64,000 nt of DNA from Candidatus Oxydemutatoraceae bacterium. GTDB taxonomy: Bacteria; Pseudomonadota; Gammaproteobacteria; Poriferisulfidales; Oxydemutatoraceae. The stretch is from NCBI GenBank assembly GCA_965219575.1, contig OZ244779.1, positions 1,004,769-1,068,768 of the forward strand, in the 5' to 3' direction. Each line of letters begins with the position of its first letter. Within the stretch, counting starts at the first letter, position 1. The position numbers and the translations under genes are program-made. Below are positions 20,844-30,873 of the stretch, in pieces. Below the pieces are notes generated by a model. It saw only the letters and a list, made by a program, of their open reading frames with translations, was not told the DNA's origin and made no database searches.

Positions 20844-21938
20844 ATGTCCTGTCCTATATACATTATCAATCTGAGGCGTAATCCGGAGCGACGGCTTTAT
20901 ATGCAAAGACAGTTGGATGCCTTCGGCTTGGATTACAGCTTTGTAGAGGTAGATGTTTTTGATAAATACGAATTGGAATCGAAGGCATACCGCATCCGTG
21001 TTGCTAGTATGTTGGAGATTGACGAGCAGGCTTTGGAAAATAAATATGCTACGGTGATAGATGATGTGAAAAATCATCGTAGAAATAAATACCATGAATT
21101 AGCGTCACTTGCTATCGGGTTGAGTCATATAAAAGTTCACAACTTGATGATAGAAAATAATCACGCGATGGCGTGTATATTAGAAGATGATGCTAAATTA
21201 TTGCCGACTTTCCCCGAGGTTCTTAAAACCGCACCCGATTTAGAGTGGGATATATTACAGTTTTGTCACCAGCCTAGTTATTTTCTCTTTGCTCCATTTT
21301 TGATCCGTCATTTTTCTAGGATAGGGTTCCTAAAATTTCCTAATCTTCGGTTATTTTTTTCTAAGAATTATGACGATATAGATAGACGGATAATCAGAGA
21401 ATATGGTTTTGCTGAGCGGAAATATTCAAAGCCGGTGACCTATATAACAAAAACCATGCAACTATATCGTAATAGGCACAAAAGCATCATCAAATCTCTA
21501 ATTCCCGAAATTATTATAAGTATTTTCATTCCCGGCATCATCAGGAAATTCTTGTTTTCTAAAAGTCAATTACAAATAAATAATATTGGGCAGACTATCG
21601 GATTGTTAAAGCTCAATACTACAATTGAACTAGGTATGTTTCCCGAGGAACCCAATTCAACCCTTATAACCGAACATCATTGCATTGCTAAGCCTAGAAG
21701 AAAAATTGTGTCGACTACGGCGTATTTAGTAAGACAATCGGCTATAGCCCAATGGAAACAAGAATTACTTTCCGAGAACCCTTTAGGTGTAGATCAGATT
21801 CCTTGGCAGTTATACAAAAATGAGCAAGTAAAACTACGCATAATTAGCCCACCTTGTGCGACGGCTACTTATGGTTATCTAAAATATACAACGCGCTGTT
21901 CGGATATTCACTTTAATGTAAATAAAACAAATTTTTAG
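20844..21938 (+). CDS. glycosyltransferase family 25, array copy 2
   Basis: Near-identical to copy 1, intact 364 aa. Confidence 0.88.
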   Translation: MSCPIYIINLRRNPERRLYMQRQLDAFGLDYSFVEVDVFDKYELESKAYRIRVASMLEIDEQALENKYATVIDDVKNHRRNKYHELASLAIGLSHIKVHNLMIENNHAMACILEDDAKLLPTFPEVLKTAPDLEWDILQFCHQPSYFLFAPFLIRHFSRIGFLKFPNLRLFFSKNYDDIDRRIIREYGFAERKYSKPVTYITKTMQLYRNRHKSIIKSLIPEIIISIFIPGIIRKFLFSKSQLQINNIGQTIGLLKLNTTIELGMFPEEPNSTLITEHHCIAKPRRKIVSTTAYLVRQSAIAQWKQELLSENPLGVDQIPWQLYKNEQVKLRIISPPCATATYGYLKYTTRCSDIHFNVNKTNF

Positions 21939-21949
21939 GTTTAATCTAA

Positions 21950-22535
21950 TGATCTTCCTCCAAAAAGTGGACAAAAAAAGTTGGTGGTCAGCCTATATAA
22001 TTAAGCGTACTTAAGTTAACTATATTAACCGGAGAAGATATTATGGCAAGACGAGTATACACAGAAGAGTACAAGCGAGATGCACTCGATTTAATGAAGC
22101 GTAATGGTTCATTAAAAGGCACGGCAAGGGAATTGGGAATTGCTGATCGTACCCTGCGACGCTGGGCGCGCCAATATGAGAAACCGACATCGGCAAGTGA
22201 ACTAAAGCGTGTTGAGACTATGGAGAAAGATGAGATTATTCGTAGCCGGGACAAAAAGATCCGAGAGCTTGAAAGGAAGGTCGAGTTTTTGACGGAAACC
22301 ATGGCTTTTTTTGCCAAGAGAGAAACAAGTGAAGTATCGGTATAGAGCGACCCCGTTATCAGGACTTGAGTTTGGAGGCAACTTGCAAGATGTTAGCAGT
22401 GAGTCGCAGTGGCTACTACAAGTGGCGTAGTCAAAAGGCCGACAAGAGGGCACAGGCGCATCGGGAATGTCTGCAGATTAGACGCGTATGGGAAGACAGT
22501 GGCAAGACTTATGGTTCCCCGCGTATCTATGTGGT
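21950..22535 (+). mobile_element. IS3-family remnant, copy 2 (orfA 22043-22345)
   Basis: Same ends and breakpoint as copy 1; orfA reads AFFAK (7-T run). Confidence 0.9.
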
Positions 22536-22577
22536 TGTACGATGCCGGATACCTACTGCAACTGATTAACTATAGCT

Positions 22578-23675
22578 ATGTCCTGTCCTATATACATTAT
22601 CAATCTGAGGCGTAATCCGGAGCGACGGCTTTATATGCAAAGACAGCTGGATGCCTTCGGCTTGGATTACAGCTTTGTAGAGGTAGATGTTTTTGATAAA
22701 TACGAATTGGAATCGAAGGCATACCGCATCCGTGTTGCTCGCATGTTAGGGATTGACGAGCAGGCTTTGGAAAATAAATATGCTACGGTGATAGATGATG
22801 TGAAAAATCATCGTATAAATAAATATCATCGATTAGCATTACTTGCTATCGGGTTGAGTCATATAAAAGTCTATAACTTGATGAGAGAAAATAATCATGC
22901 GATGGCGTGTATATTAGAAGATGATGCCAAATTATTGCCGACTTTCCCCGAGGTGCTTAAAATCGCCCCCGATCTAGAGTGGGATATATTACAGTTTTGT
23001 CACCAGCCTAAGCGCATTTTCTTTGTTCCATTTTTGATCCGTAATTTTTGCAGAATAGATTTCCTAAAATTTAGTAATCTTCGGTTACTCTTTCCTAACA
23101 ACTATAACAAGATAGACAGACGGATAATAAGAGAATATGGTTTTGATAATCCAAAATATTCAAAGCCGGCGGCCTATATAACAAAAACCATGCAACGATA
23201 TCGTAATAGGTACAAAAGCATTACCAAACCTCTAATTCCCAAAATTATCATAAGTATTTTCATTCCCGGCATCATTAGGAAATTCTTGGTTTCTAAAAGT
23301 CGTTTACTACTTATAAAAAACATCAGTCGTACTACCGAATTGTTAAAACTCACTACTACGATTGAACTAGGTATGCTTCCCGAGGAACCCGATCCAACTC
23401 TTATAACCGAGCATCACTGCATTGCTAAGCCTAGAGGAGATGTTGTATCGACTACGGCGTATTTGGTAAGACAATCGGCTATAGCTAAATGGAAACAAGG
23501 ATTACTTTCCGAAAACCCTCTAGGTGTAGATCAGATTCCTTGGAAGTTGTACGAGAACGGGCAGGTAAAGCTACGCATAATTAGCCCGCCTTGTGCGACG
23601 GCTACTTATGGTTACCGAAAATATACAATGCGTCGCTCGGATATTCACTTTGGCATAAGTAAAACAAATTTTTAG
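22578..23675 (+). CDS. glycosyltransferase family 25, array copy 3
   Basis: Intact 365 aa, CILEDD. Confidence 0.88.
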   Translation: MSCPIYIINLRRNPERRLYMQRQLDAFGLDYSFVEVDVFDKYELESKAYRIRVARMLGIDEQALENKYATVIDDVKNHRINKYHRLALLAIGLSHIKVYNLMRENNHAMACILEDDAKLLPTFPEVLKIAPDLEWDILQFCHQPKRIFFVPFLIRNFCRIDFLKFSNLRLLFPNNYNKIDRRIIREYGFDNPKYSKPAAYITKTMQRYRNRYKSITKPLIPKIIISIFIPGIIRKFLVSKSRLLLIKNISRTTELLKLTTTIELGMLPEEPDPTLITEHHCIAKPRGDVVSTTAYLVRQSAIAKWKQGLLSENPLGVDQIPWKLYENGQVKLRIISPPCATATYGYRKYTMRRSDIHFGISKTNF

Positions 23676-23686
23676 GTTTAATCTAA

Positions 23687-24273
23687 TGATCTTCCTCCCA
23701 AAGTGGACAAAAAAGTTGGTGGTCAGCTTATATAATTAAGCGCGCTTAAGTTAACTATATTAACCGGAGAAGATATTATGGCAAGACAAGTATACACAGA
23801 AGAGTACAAGCGAAATGCACTCGATTTAGTGAGACTTAATGGTTCCTTAAAAGGCACGGCAAGGGAATTGGGCATTGATGATCGTACCCTGCGACGCTGG
23901 GCGCGCCAATATGAGAAACCGACATCGGCAGGTGAGTTAAAGCGTGTTGAGGCTATGGAGAAAGATGAGATTATTCGTAGCCAGGACAAAAAGATCCGAG
24001 AGCTTGAAAGGAAGGTCGAGTTTTTGACCGAAACCATGGCTTTTTTTTGCCAAGAGAGAAACAAGTGACGTATCGGTATATAGAGCGACCTCGTTATCAG
24101 GACTTGAGTTTGGAGGCAACTTGCAAGATGTTAGCAGTGAGTCGCAGTGGCTACTACAAGTGGCGTAGTCAAAAGGCCGACAAGAGGGCACAGGCGCATC
24201 GGGAATGTATGCGGATTAGAGACGTATGGGAAGACAGTGGCAAGACTTATGGTTCCCCGCGTATCTATGTGGT
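23687..24273 (+). mobile_element. IS3-family remnant, copy 3 (orfA 23778-24068)
   Basis: Same ends and breakpoint as copies 1 and 2. Confidence 0.9.
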
Positions 24274-24315
24274 TGTACGATGCCGGATACCTACTGCAAC
24301 TGATTAACTATAGCT

Positions 24316-25413
24316 ATGTCCTGTCCTATATATATTATCCATCTGAAGCGTAATCCGGAACGGCGGCTTTATATGCAAAGACAACTGGATGCCTTCGGCT
24401 TGGATTACAGCTTTGTAGAGGTAGATGTTTTTGATAAATACGAATTGGAATCCAAGGCGTACCGCATCCGTGTTGCTCGCATGTTGGAGATTGACGAGCA
24501 GGCTTTGGAAAATAAATATGCTACGGTGATAGATTATGTGAAAAATCATCGTAGAAATAAATACCATCGATTAGCATTACTTGCTATCGGGTTGAGTCAT
24601 ATAAAAGTCTATAACTTGATGAGAGAAAATAATCATGCGATGGCGTGTATATTAGAAGATGATGCTAAATTATTGCCGACTTTCCCCGAGGTGCTTAAAA
24701 TCGCCCCCGATCTAGAGTGGGATATATTACAGTTTTGTCACCAGCCTTGGCAATTTCGCTTTGACTCATTTTTGATCCGTAATTTTTGCAGAATAGATTT
24801 CCTAAAATTTAGTAATCTTCGGTTACTCTTTCCTAACAACTATAACAAGATAGACAGACGGATAATAAGAGAGTATGGTTTTGATAATCCGAAATATTCA
24901 AAGCCGGCGACCTATATAACAAAAACCATGCAACGATATCGTAATAGGTACAAAAGCATTACCAAACCTCTAATTCCCAAAATTATCATAAGTATTTTCA
25001 TTCCCGGCATCATTAGGAAATTCTTGGTTTCTAAAAGTCGTTTACTACTTATAAATAACATCAGCCATACTACCAAATTGTTAAAACTCAATACTATGAT
25101 TGAACTAGGTATGTTTCCCGAGGAACCCGATCCAACCCTTATAACCGAGCATCACTGCATTGCTAAGCCTAGAGAGAGAATTGGGTCGACCACGGCGTAT
25201 TTAGTAAGACAATCGGCTATAGCCGAATGGAAACAAGAATTACTCTCCGAGAACTTTCTAGGTATAGATGAGATTCCTTGGCAGTTATACAAAAATGGGC
25301 AAGCAAAACTAAGCATAATTAGCCCGCCTTGTGCGACGGCTATTTATGGTTACCTAAAATATACAATGCGTCGTCCCCAATATCACCGTAAGTTAGGTAA
25401 AACAGAGTTTTAG
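24316..25413 (+). CDS. glycosyltransferase family 25, array copy 4
   Basis: Intact 365 aa, divergent C-terminus, no IS3 downstream. Confidence 0.88.
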   Translation: MSCPIYIIHLKRNPERRLYMQRQLDAFGLDYSFVEVDVFDKYELESKAYRIRVARMLEIDEQALENKYATVIDYVKNHRRNKYHRLALLAIGLSHIKVYNLMRENNHAMACILEDDAKLLPTFPEVLKIAPDLEWDILQFCHQPWQFRFDSFLIRNFCRIDFLKFSNLRLLFPNNYNKIDRRIIREYGFDNPKYSKPATYITKTMQRYRNRYKSITKPLIPKIIISIFIPGIIRKFLVSKSRLLLINNISHTTKLLKLNTMIELGMFPEEPDPTLITEHHCIAKPRERIGSTTAYLVRQSAIAEWKQELLSENFLGIDEIPWQLYKNGQAKLSIISPPCATAIYGYLKYTMRRPQYHRKLGKTEF

Positions 25414-25451
25414 GTTTAACCTACGAGTAGTTTATAGCAATTTATGATGAA

Positions 25452-26003
25452 TCATCTCCATTTGATGGAGCAGCCGATACCGGGAATTTGGTGTTCGGGT
25501 CCACGACCGGTTTCGGCAATTAGAATCATTGCTTCCAGTAGCTCCTGTTTTAAGTCGCCGCTGCTCTTCGAGGGACCGCTTGCATCGAGCCGTCCTCTAT
25601 ATTGAAGTTCAAAATCTTTGTTATAACCGAAGAAATCGGGTGTGCAAACCGCTCCGTAGGTCTTAGCGACCGCTTGGCTTTGGTCGTATAAATAGGGGAA
25701 AGGATAGGCAAATTTTTGGGCTATTTTTTTCATATTATCAAATGAGTCTTCGCTATATTCGGCGGGATCGTTGGACATAACCGCAACCGAATTGATACCG
25801 TAATCGAGCAACTGTTTGGTTTGAATACTTAGTTTTTTTTGGATCGCTTTTACATACGGGCAGTGATTGCATATAAACATGACCAGCAAGCCGTTTGCTC
25901 CCATGCAGTCGCGTGCGTTGTATGTTTTACCGTCGGTTGCCGGCAAGCTGAAGTCGTGCATCGCTTCTCCGAAATTGCAAACCGGTGTTGTTTTTGCTAC
26001 CAT
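25452..26003 (-). CDS. thioredoxin-family (AhpC/TSA-like) protein
   Basis: MFICNHCPYV, AVCTPDFFG, YRGRLD, GCSIKW. Confidence 0.93.
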   Translation of the reverse strand: MVAKTTPVCNFGEAMHDFSLPATDGKTYNARDCMGANGLLVMFICNHCPYVKAIQKKLSIQTKQLLDYGINSVAVMSNDPAEYSEDSFDNMKKIAQKFAYPFPYLYDQSQAVAKTYGAVCTPDFFGYNKDFELQYRGRLDASGPSKSSGDLKQELLEAMILIAETGRGPEHQIPGIGCSIKWR

Positions 26004-26105
26004 AGTCGTTTATCTACTGAATGTGCTTGAATGCATGAGTATATTACCCGATTTTTTCGCATTATCAAATCTTAGAATAGAGAAATCCGGCAAAACGAGA
26101 ACTTA

Positions 26106-27239
26106 ATGACACGATTTTTTACTTCCGAATCGGTTTCCGAAGGTCACCCCGACAAGATCTGTGATCAGATATCCGACGGTATTTTGGATGCCTTGATAGC
26201 CGAAGATCGCAACAGTCGCGTCGCTTGCGAGGCGATGGTCAAGAATAACCATGTCGTTGTCGGAGGTGAGATTTCCAGCAGTGCCGATATTTGTTATGAA
26301 AGACATATTCGTAGCATTATTGCCGAAATAGGCTACGACGACCCCGGCTTGGGTTTCGATGCCGAACACTGTGGTATATCAATTTTGCTGGGTTTGCAGT
26401 CGTCCGATATCAGTCAAGGCTTAGAACGAGACGAGTCGCAAGGAGCCGGAGATCAAGGTTCGATGTTCGGTTATGCCAGCAACGAGACCGACGAATTAAT
26501 GCCCGCTCCGATTACTTATGCGCATCGCTTGCTCAAGCGACATTCCGAATTGAGACGCGCAAAGACATTACCGTGGCTGCGTCCCGACGCCAAGAGCCAA
26601 CTCAGTTTTCGCTACGAGGACGACAAACCGGTCGGCATATCGGCAATTGTTTTTTCTACCCAGCACGACGAAACGGTGTCGCTTGCCGATATCGAAGAAG
26701 CGGTGAGAGAGCAGATTATCAAAGAAGTATTACCATCGGAATGGTTGTCCGCCGATACCCGTTACCATATCAACCCGACCGGACGTTTCGTGGTCGGTGG
26801 ACCGGTCGGTGATTGCGGGCTGACCGGGCGTAAGATTATCGTCGATACCTACGGCGGCATGGCACGACACGGCGGCGGTGCTTTTTCGGGCAAGGATCCG
26901 TCCAAGGTAGATCGCTCGGCAGCTTATGCTGCGCGTTATGTTGCCAAAAATATCGTTGCAGCAGGTCTAGCCGAGCGTTGCGAGGTTCAGTTGTCTTATG
27001 CAATCGGTGTTGCCGAACCGGTTTCAATCTCGGTGAATACCTTTGCAACCGGTAATTTAGCCGATTCGGAGATCGCATCTTTGGTGAAAAAGCATTTTGA
27101 TTTACGACCTGTGGCAATCATCGAGGATTTGGATTTGTTAAACCCGATATACAAGCAGACTGCGGCATACGGACATTTCGGCAGAGACGATATAAAATTG
27201 CCGTGGGAAAGATGTGATAAGGTAGAATTGTTAAAGTGA
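26106..27239 (+). CDS. metK: methionine adenosyltransferase
   Basis: [35 protein letters not shown]. Confidence 0.99.
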   Translation: MTRFFTSESVSEGHPDKICDQISDGILDALIAEDRNSRVACEAMVKNNHVVVGGEISSSADICYERHIRSIIAEIGYDDPGLGFDAEHCGISILLGLQSSDISQGLERDESQGAGDQGSMFGYASNETDELMPAPITYAHRLLKRHSELRRAKTLPWLRPDAKSQLSFRYEDDKPVGISAIVFSTQHDETVSLADIEEAVREQIIKEVLPSEWLSADTRYHINPTGRFVVGGPVGDCGLTGRKIIVDTYGGMARHGGGAFSGKDPSKVDRSAAYAARYVAKNIVAAGLAERCEVQLSYAIGVAEPVSISVNTFATGNLADSEIASLVKKHFDLRPVAIIEDLDLLNPIYKQTAAYGHFGRDDIKLPWERCDKVELLK

Positions 27240-27266
27240 ACATAACCGATAAAAGGAGATTTACGA

Positions 27267-28577
27267 ATGAGTGTTACAGCGAAAGAATTGGAACAAGATT
27301 ATAGAGTAGCCGATCTAAGCCTGGCCGAATGGGGGGCTAAAGAGATTGCGATCGCCGAGACCGAAATGCCGGGGTTGATAGCATTGCGAGAACAATACGC
27401 CGGGCAGCAGCCGCTTGCCGGGGCGCGTATCGCCGGTTGCTTGCACATGACCGTGCAGACTGCGGTGTTGATACAGACTTTGGTTGCATTGGGCGCATCG
27501 ATTAGATGGGCTTCGTGCAATATCTTTTCCACCCAAGACCACGCCGCTGCGGCGATGGCGGTAGCCGGCATACCGGTCTTTGCATGGAAGGGTGAGAGCG
27601 AATCCGAATATTGGTGGTGTGTAGAGCAAACGATCAGAGGCAAAGACGGTTGGACACCCAATTTATTGCTCGACGACGGCGGCGATTTAACCAAAATGAT
27701 GCACGACGAGTTTCCCGAGTTGCTCAAGGAAGTGAGAGGAGTTTCGGAGGAGACCACCACCGGTGTTAGACGACTGTACGATATGTACGATAAGGGAGAA
27801 TTAGGGACGGTTGCGTTCAATGTCAACGACTCGGTTACCAAGTCAAAGTTTGATAACATCTACGGTTGCCGAGAATCTCTGATAGACGGAATTAAGCGCG
27901 CCACCGATGTGATGATTTCCGGAAAAGTTGCGGTAGTTTGCGGCTACGGCGATGTCGGCAAAGGATCTGCGCAGGCTTTGCGTAGTCAAAGTTGCAGGGT
28001 ATGGGTGACCGAAATAGACCCGATTTGCGCACTGCAAGCGGCGATGGAAGGGTATCGGGTTGTGACGATGGAAGAGGCTGCACCGCAAGCCGATATATTC
28101 ATTACCGCAACCGGTAACTATCATGTAATCAATCACGACCACATCTCGGTAATGAGAGACCAAGCGATTGTTTGTAATATCGGTCATTTCGACGATGAGA
28201 TAGATGTGGCAAGCCTAAAAGATTATCGGTGGATCAACATCAAACCGCAGGTTGATCAAATTGAATTACCCAACGGCAGACGTATTATTCTATTGGCGGA
28301 AGGACGGTTGGTTAATTTAGGGTGTGCGACCGGGCATCCGAGTTTTGTTATGTCCAATTCGTTCACCAATCAGGTACTCGCACAAATAGAACTCTGGCAG
28401 CATAGCGAACGCTATGGTGTCGGCGTACATACGTTACCTAAAGTACTCGACGAAGAAGTTGCACGGTTGCACTTGGCTAAAGTAGGTGCGCAATTAACGA
28501 GATTGAGTCCCGAACAGGCAGGATATATCGGAGTACCTGTGGAAGGACCTTACAAACCCGAGTATTACCGTTACTAA
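27267..28577 (+). CDS. ahcY: adenosylhomocysteinase
   Basis: [46 protein letters not shown]. Confidence 0.99.
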   Translation: MSVTAKELEQDYRVADLSLAEWGAKEIAIAETEMPGLIALREQYAGQQPLAGARIAGCLHMTVQTAVLIQTLVALGASIRWASCNIFSTQDHAAAAMAVAGIPVFAWKGESESEYWWCVEQTIRGKDGWTPNLLLDDGGDLTKMMHDEFPELLKEVRGVSEETTTGVRRLYDMYDKGELGTVAFNVNDSVTKSKFDNIYGCRESLIDGIKRATDVMISGKVAVVCGYGDVGKGSAQALRSQSCRVWVTEIDPICALQAAMEGYRVVTMEEAAPQADIFITATGNYHVINHDHISVMRDQAIVCNIGHFDDEIDVASLKDYRWINIKPQVDQIELPNGRRIILLAEGRLVNLGCATGHPSFVMSNSFTNQVLAQIELWQHSERYGVGVHTLPKVLDEEVARLHLAKVGAQLTRLSPEQAGYIGVPVEGPYKPEYYRY

Positions 28578-28595
28578 AAATATCGTCGGACACCG

Positions 28596-29333
28596 ATGAG
28601 AGTGTCTAGAGTCTACTACCCGATAGAGATGAAGCCTCGGCAAAGGTTTGAGGTCGACGCTAAAGTACACCACTATCTGAATCGAGTGTTACGCCTTAAT
28701 ACCGGGGCATCGGTGCGTTTTTTTAATCATAAGGGACGCGAATTTCTATGCACACTGACAGACAAAGGTAGACAAAGTAGTACCTTTATGTGTGAAAACG
28801 AAGTTGAAGTACTCCCGGAAATCGATCCTAAAGTTAAGCTCTATTTGGCGGTTTGTAAAAACGACAGCATGGATTTTTCGGTACGGAAAGCAACCGAGTT
28901 GGGTGTGCACGAACTACAACCGCTGATTAGCGAGCGTAGTCTATCGCAAAGTGCCGCCGATAGGCGACGGTTGCACTGGCAAGGTGTTGCGGAAAGTGCC
29001 TGCGAGCAATGCGGCAGAGCGATTATTCCCCGAATAGCAGAACCTATTGCATTACGAGAAATTACGAAAATCGGAGGAGGCGATAAAGCAGTCATCTGCT
29101 GTCTCGACACCCCGATCTCAATCAAAGACCGAGCCGACAAGATTTTGACAAAGTTATTTGAGCGCAAAGCGATGCTACATTTGATGATCGGCCCGGAGGG
29201 TGATTTTAGTGCCGATGAAATTGCCCATGCGATATCACTGGGTTTTGAACCTGCCGGTTTGGGGAATTATGTGCTTCGTAGCGATACCGCCGTTGTTGCC
29301 GCACTAAGCGTCATACGCTTTTTGCGTGCATGA
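28596..29333 (+). CDS. rsmE: 16S rRNA m3U1498 methyltransferase
   Basis: HYL.RVLRL, KATELGV, ACEQCGR, IGPEGDFS, LG..VLRSDTA. Confidence 0.96.
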   Translation: MRVSRVYYPIEMKPRQRFEVDAKVHHYLNRVLRLNTGASVRFFNHKGREFLCTLTDKGRQSSTFMCENEVEVLPEIDPKVKLYLAVCKNDSMDFSVRKATELGVHELQPLISERSLSQSAADRRRLHWQGVAESACEQCGRAIIPRIAEPIALREITKIGGGDKAVICCLDTPISIKDRADKILTKLFERKAMLHLMIGPEGDFSADEIAHAISLGFEPAGLGNYVLRSDTAVVAALSVIRFLRA

Positions 29334-29398
29334 AGCTGTCGAAAAAATATTGCTAATCCACCTGTAGGAGCGAATCATTAAACCCAATGGATGAATGT

Positions 29399-29493
29399 GG
29401 GGCTGTTGAAAAAGTATCTACGAACCATAGGGGCGGACTAAAATTAAATTGCCGATTGACCTACCGGCTCAATCGGTGGCTTTATACTGCCCC
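29399..29493 (+). repeat. left arm of composite repeat, partial GTAG REP and family P palindrome (29451-29477)
   Basis: GGGGCTGTTGAAAAAGTATCTACGAACCATAGGGGCGGACT...GCCGATTGACCTACCGGCTCAATCGGTGGCTTTATACTGCCCC. Confidence 0.8.
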
Positions 29494-29514
29494 GTTAATA
29501 TCTCTGTCACCAAC

Positions 29515-30873
29515 CTATATCAAAAACACCGTCGCCAATCCCAAAAAGACTACGACACCTACAATATCGGTGATGGTCGTCAACACCACACTACTGGCAA
29601 GTGCCGGGTCTACACCGAATTTCTTCAACACAATGGGGATTATCACACCGGCACCTGCAGCGCAAATCAAGTTGACGATGATTGCTACGGCAATGATGAT
29701 ACCCACTCCGATATCGTCAACCCACAAAATCGTAATGCTAGCGACGATGATCGCCCAAATGACACCGTTCAAGGAACCCACCGACGCTTCTTTGAGCAAC
29801 AGCATGGTAGGATTGCCTTCGTTTAAACGTTTGGTTGCCAGACCGCGTATCGTAATCATCAAAGTCTGAATGCCGGCTATCCCACCCATGCTTGCAACGA
29901 CCGGTACTAGAACGGCAAGTATGATGATTTGCTGTAGGGTATCTTCAAATAGACTGATGAACCAAGCGGCGATAAACGCGGTGAGTAAATTAACCCCCAA
30001 CCAAGATGCACGTTTTCTAGCCGAACTTAAAACCGGTGCATAGAGATCTTCCTCGCCCGAAGCACCGGAAAAACCGATACGCTCTTGCCGGGGTTCTTTG
30101 CGCAGTACATCCAAGACATCGTCTACGGTGATGCGACCGACAACTTTGTTATCCGTATCTACGACCGCAGCCGATACCAAGTCTCTATCTTCGAACAACG
30201 CAACGACTTCGCTCGCCGGCATCGAGACGGGTATCGCAGTTGCTTCGGTGCTCGTCAAGTCGACAATCAGCGTATCTTTATCGCAGGTGATCAAATCGCC
30301 GATCGATACAACCCCCGAATAGCGGTTCGAATAATCGACGACGATCAAATTATCGGTATGTTGCGGTAGTGTTTTTTTCATTTTGATATAGCGTATTGCG
30401 ACATCTAAGGTGATATTAGTACGCAGCGTCAAAACATCGGGGTTCATCAATCCCCCTGCGGTATCCGCATCGTAAGACAACACCTGTTCCAAACGCCGAC
30501 GACTCTGTGAGTCCATGCCTGCCAACAACTGTCGGGTCACGGTGTCGGGCAAGGGGTCTATCAGGGCGGCAAGATCATCTATTTCCATACCTTCGGTTGC
30601 AAGTAGCAATTCGTCGTCTCGGGTCAGTTCGATCAGGTTTTCGCGTACATCCTCGCTGACTTCTAATAAGATATCGCCCTCTAAAGCGACATCGGTCAGT
30701 TTCCATACGATACGGCGCTCCGGGATAGGTAGGGCTTCCAAAAGATTGGCAATTTCACCGGCATGCAAATTGCTCAGTAATCTTTTTACTTGATCTACTT
30801 TGCCTTTTCGGAGTGTCTCGGATAGATATTCCGGAGTGTTTTGTGCTTCCATACTCGTGCCCGTTAAGAACAA
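29515..30873 (-). CDS. mgtE: magnesium transporter MgtE
   Basis: DTAGGLM, CBS pair, GRITVDDV, SMGGIAGIQT, DPALASSV.LTTITD; start may be 30852. Confidence 0.96.
   Translation of the reverse strand: MFLTGTSMEAQNTPEYLSETLRKGKVDQVKRLLSNLHAGEIANLLEALPIPERRIVWKLTDVALEGDILLEVSEDVRENLIELTRDDELLLATEGMEIDDLAALIDPLPDTVTRQLLAGMDSQSRRRLEQVLSYDADTAGGLMNPDVLTLRTNITLDVAIRYIKMKKTLPQHTDNLIVVDYSNRYSGVVSIGDLITCDKDTLIVDLTSTEATAIPVSMPASEVVALFEDRDLVSAAVVDTDNKVVGRITVDDVLDVLRKEPRQERIGFSGASGEEDLYAPVLSSARKRASWLGVNLLTAFIAAWFISLFEDTLQQIIILAVLVPVVASMGGIAGIQTLMITIRGLATKRLNEGNPTMLLLKEASVGSLNGVIWAIIVASITILWVDDIGVGIIIAVAIIVNLICAAGAGVIIPIVLKKFGVDPALASSVVLTTITDIVGVVVFLGLATVFLI

Larger units (their letters stand above)
19092..25420 (+). 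repeat. tandem amplification of ~1.74-kb unit (GT25 gene + truncated IS3), 3 full units plus a final GT25
   Basis: CTGATTAACTATAGCTATGTC recurs at 19092, 20828, 22562 and 24300 (periods 1736, 1734, 1738). Confidence 0.95.

Noticed and set aside
19108-25413. Integron cassette array or composite transposon
   Set aside because: No attC-like structure or integrase; the spacers are IS3 left halves lacking the catalytic domain and right ends
26004-26105. SAM/SAH riboswitch upstream of metK-ahcY
   Set aside because: Short AT-rich divergent promoter region with no recognisable aptamer consensus
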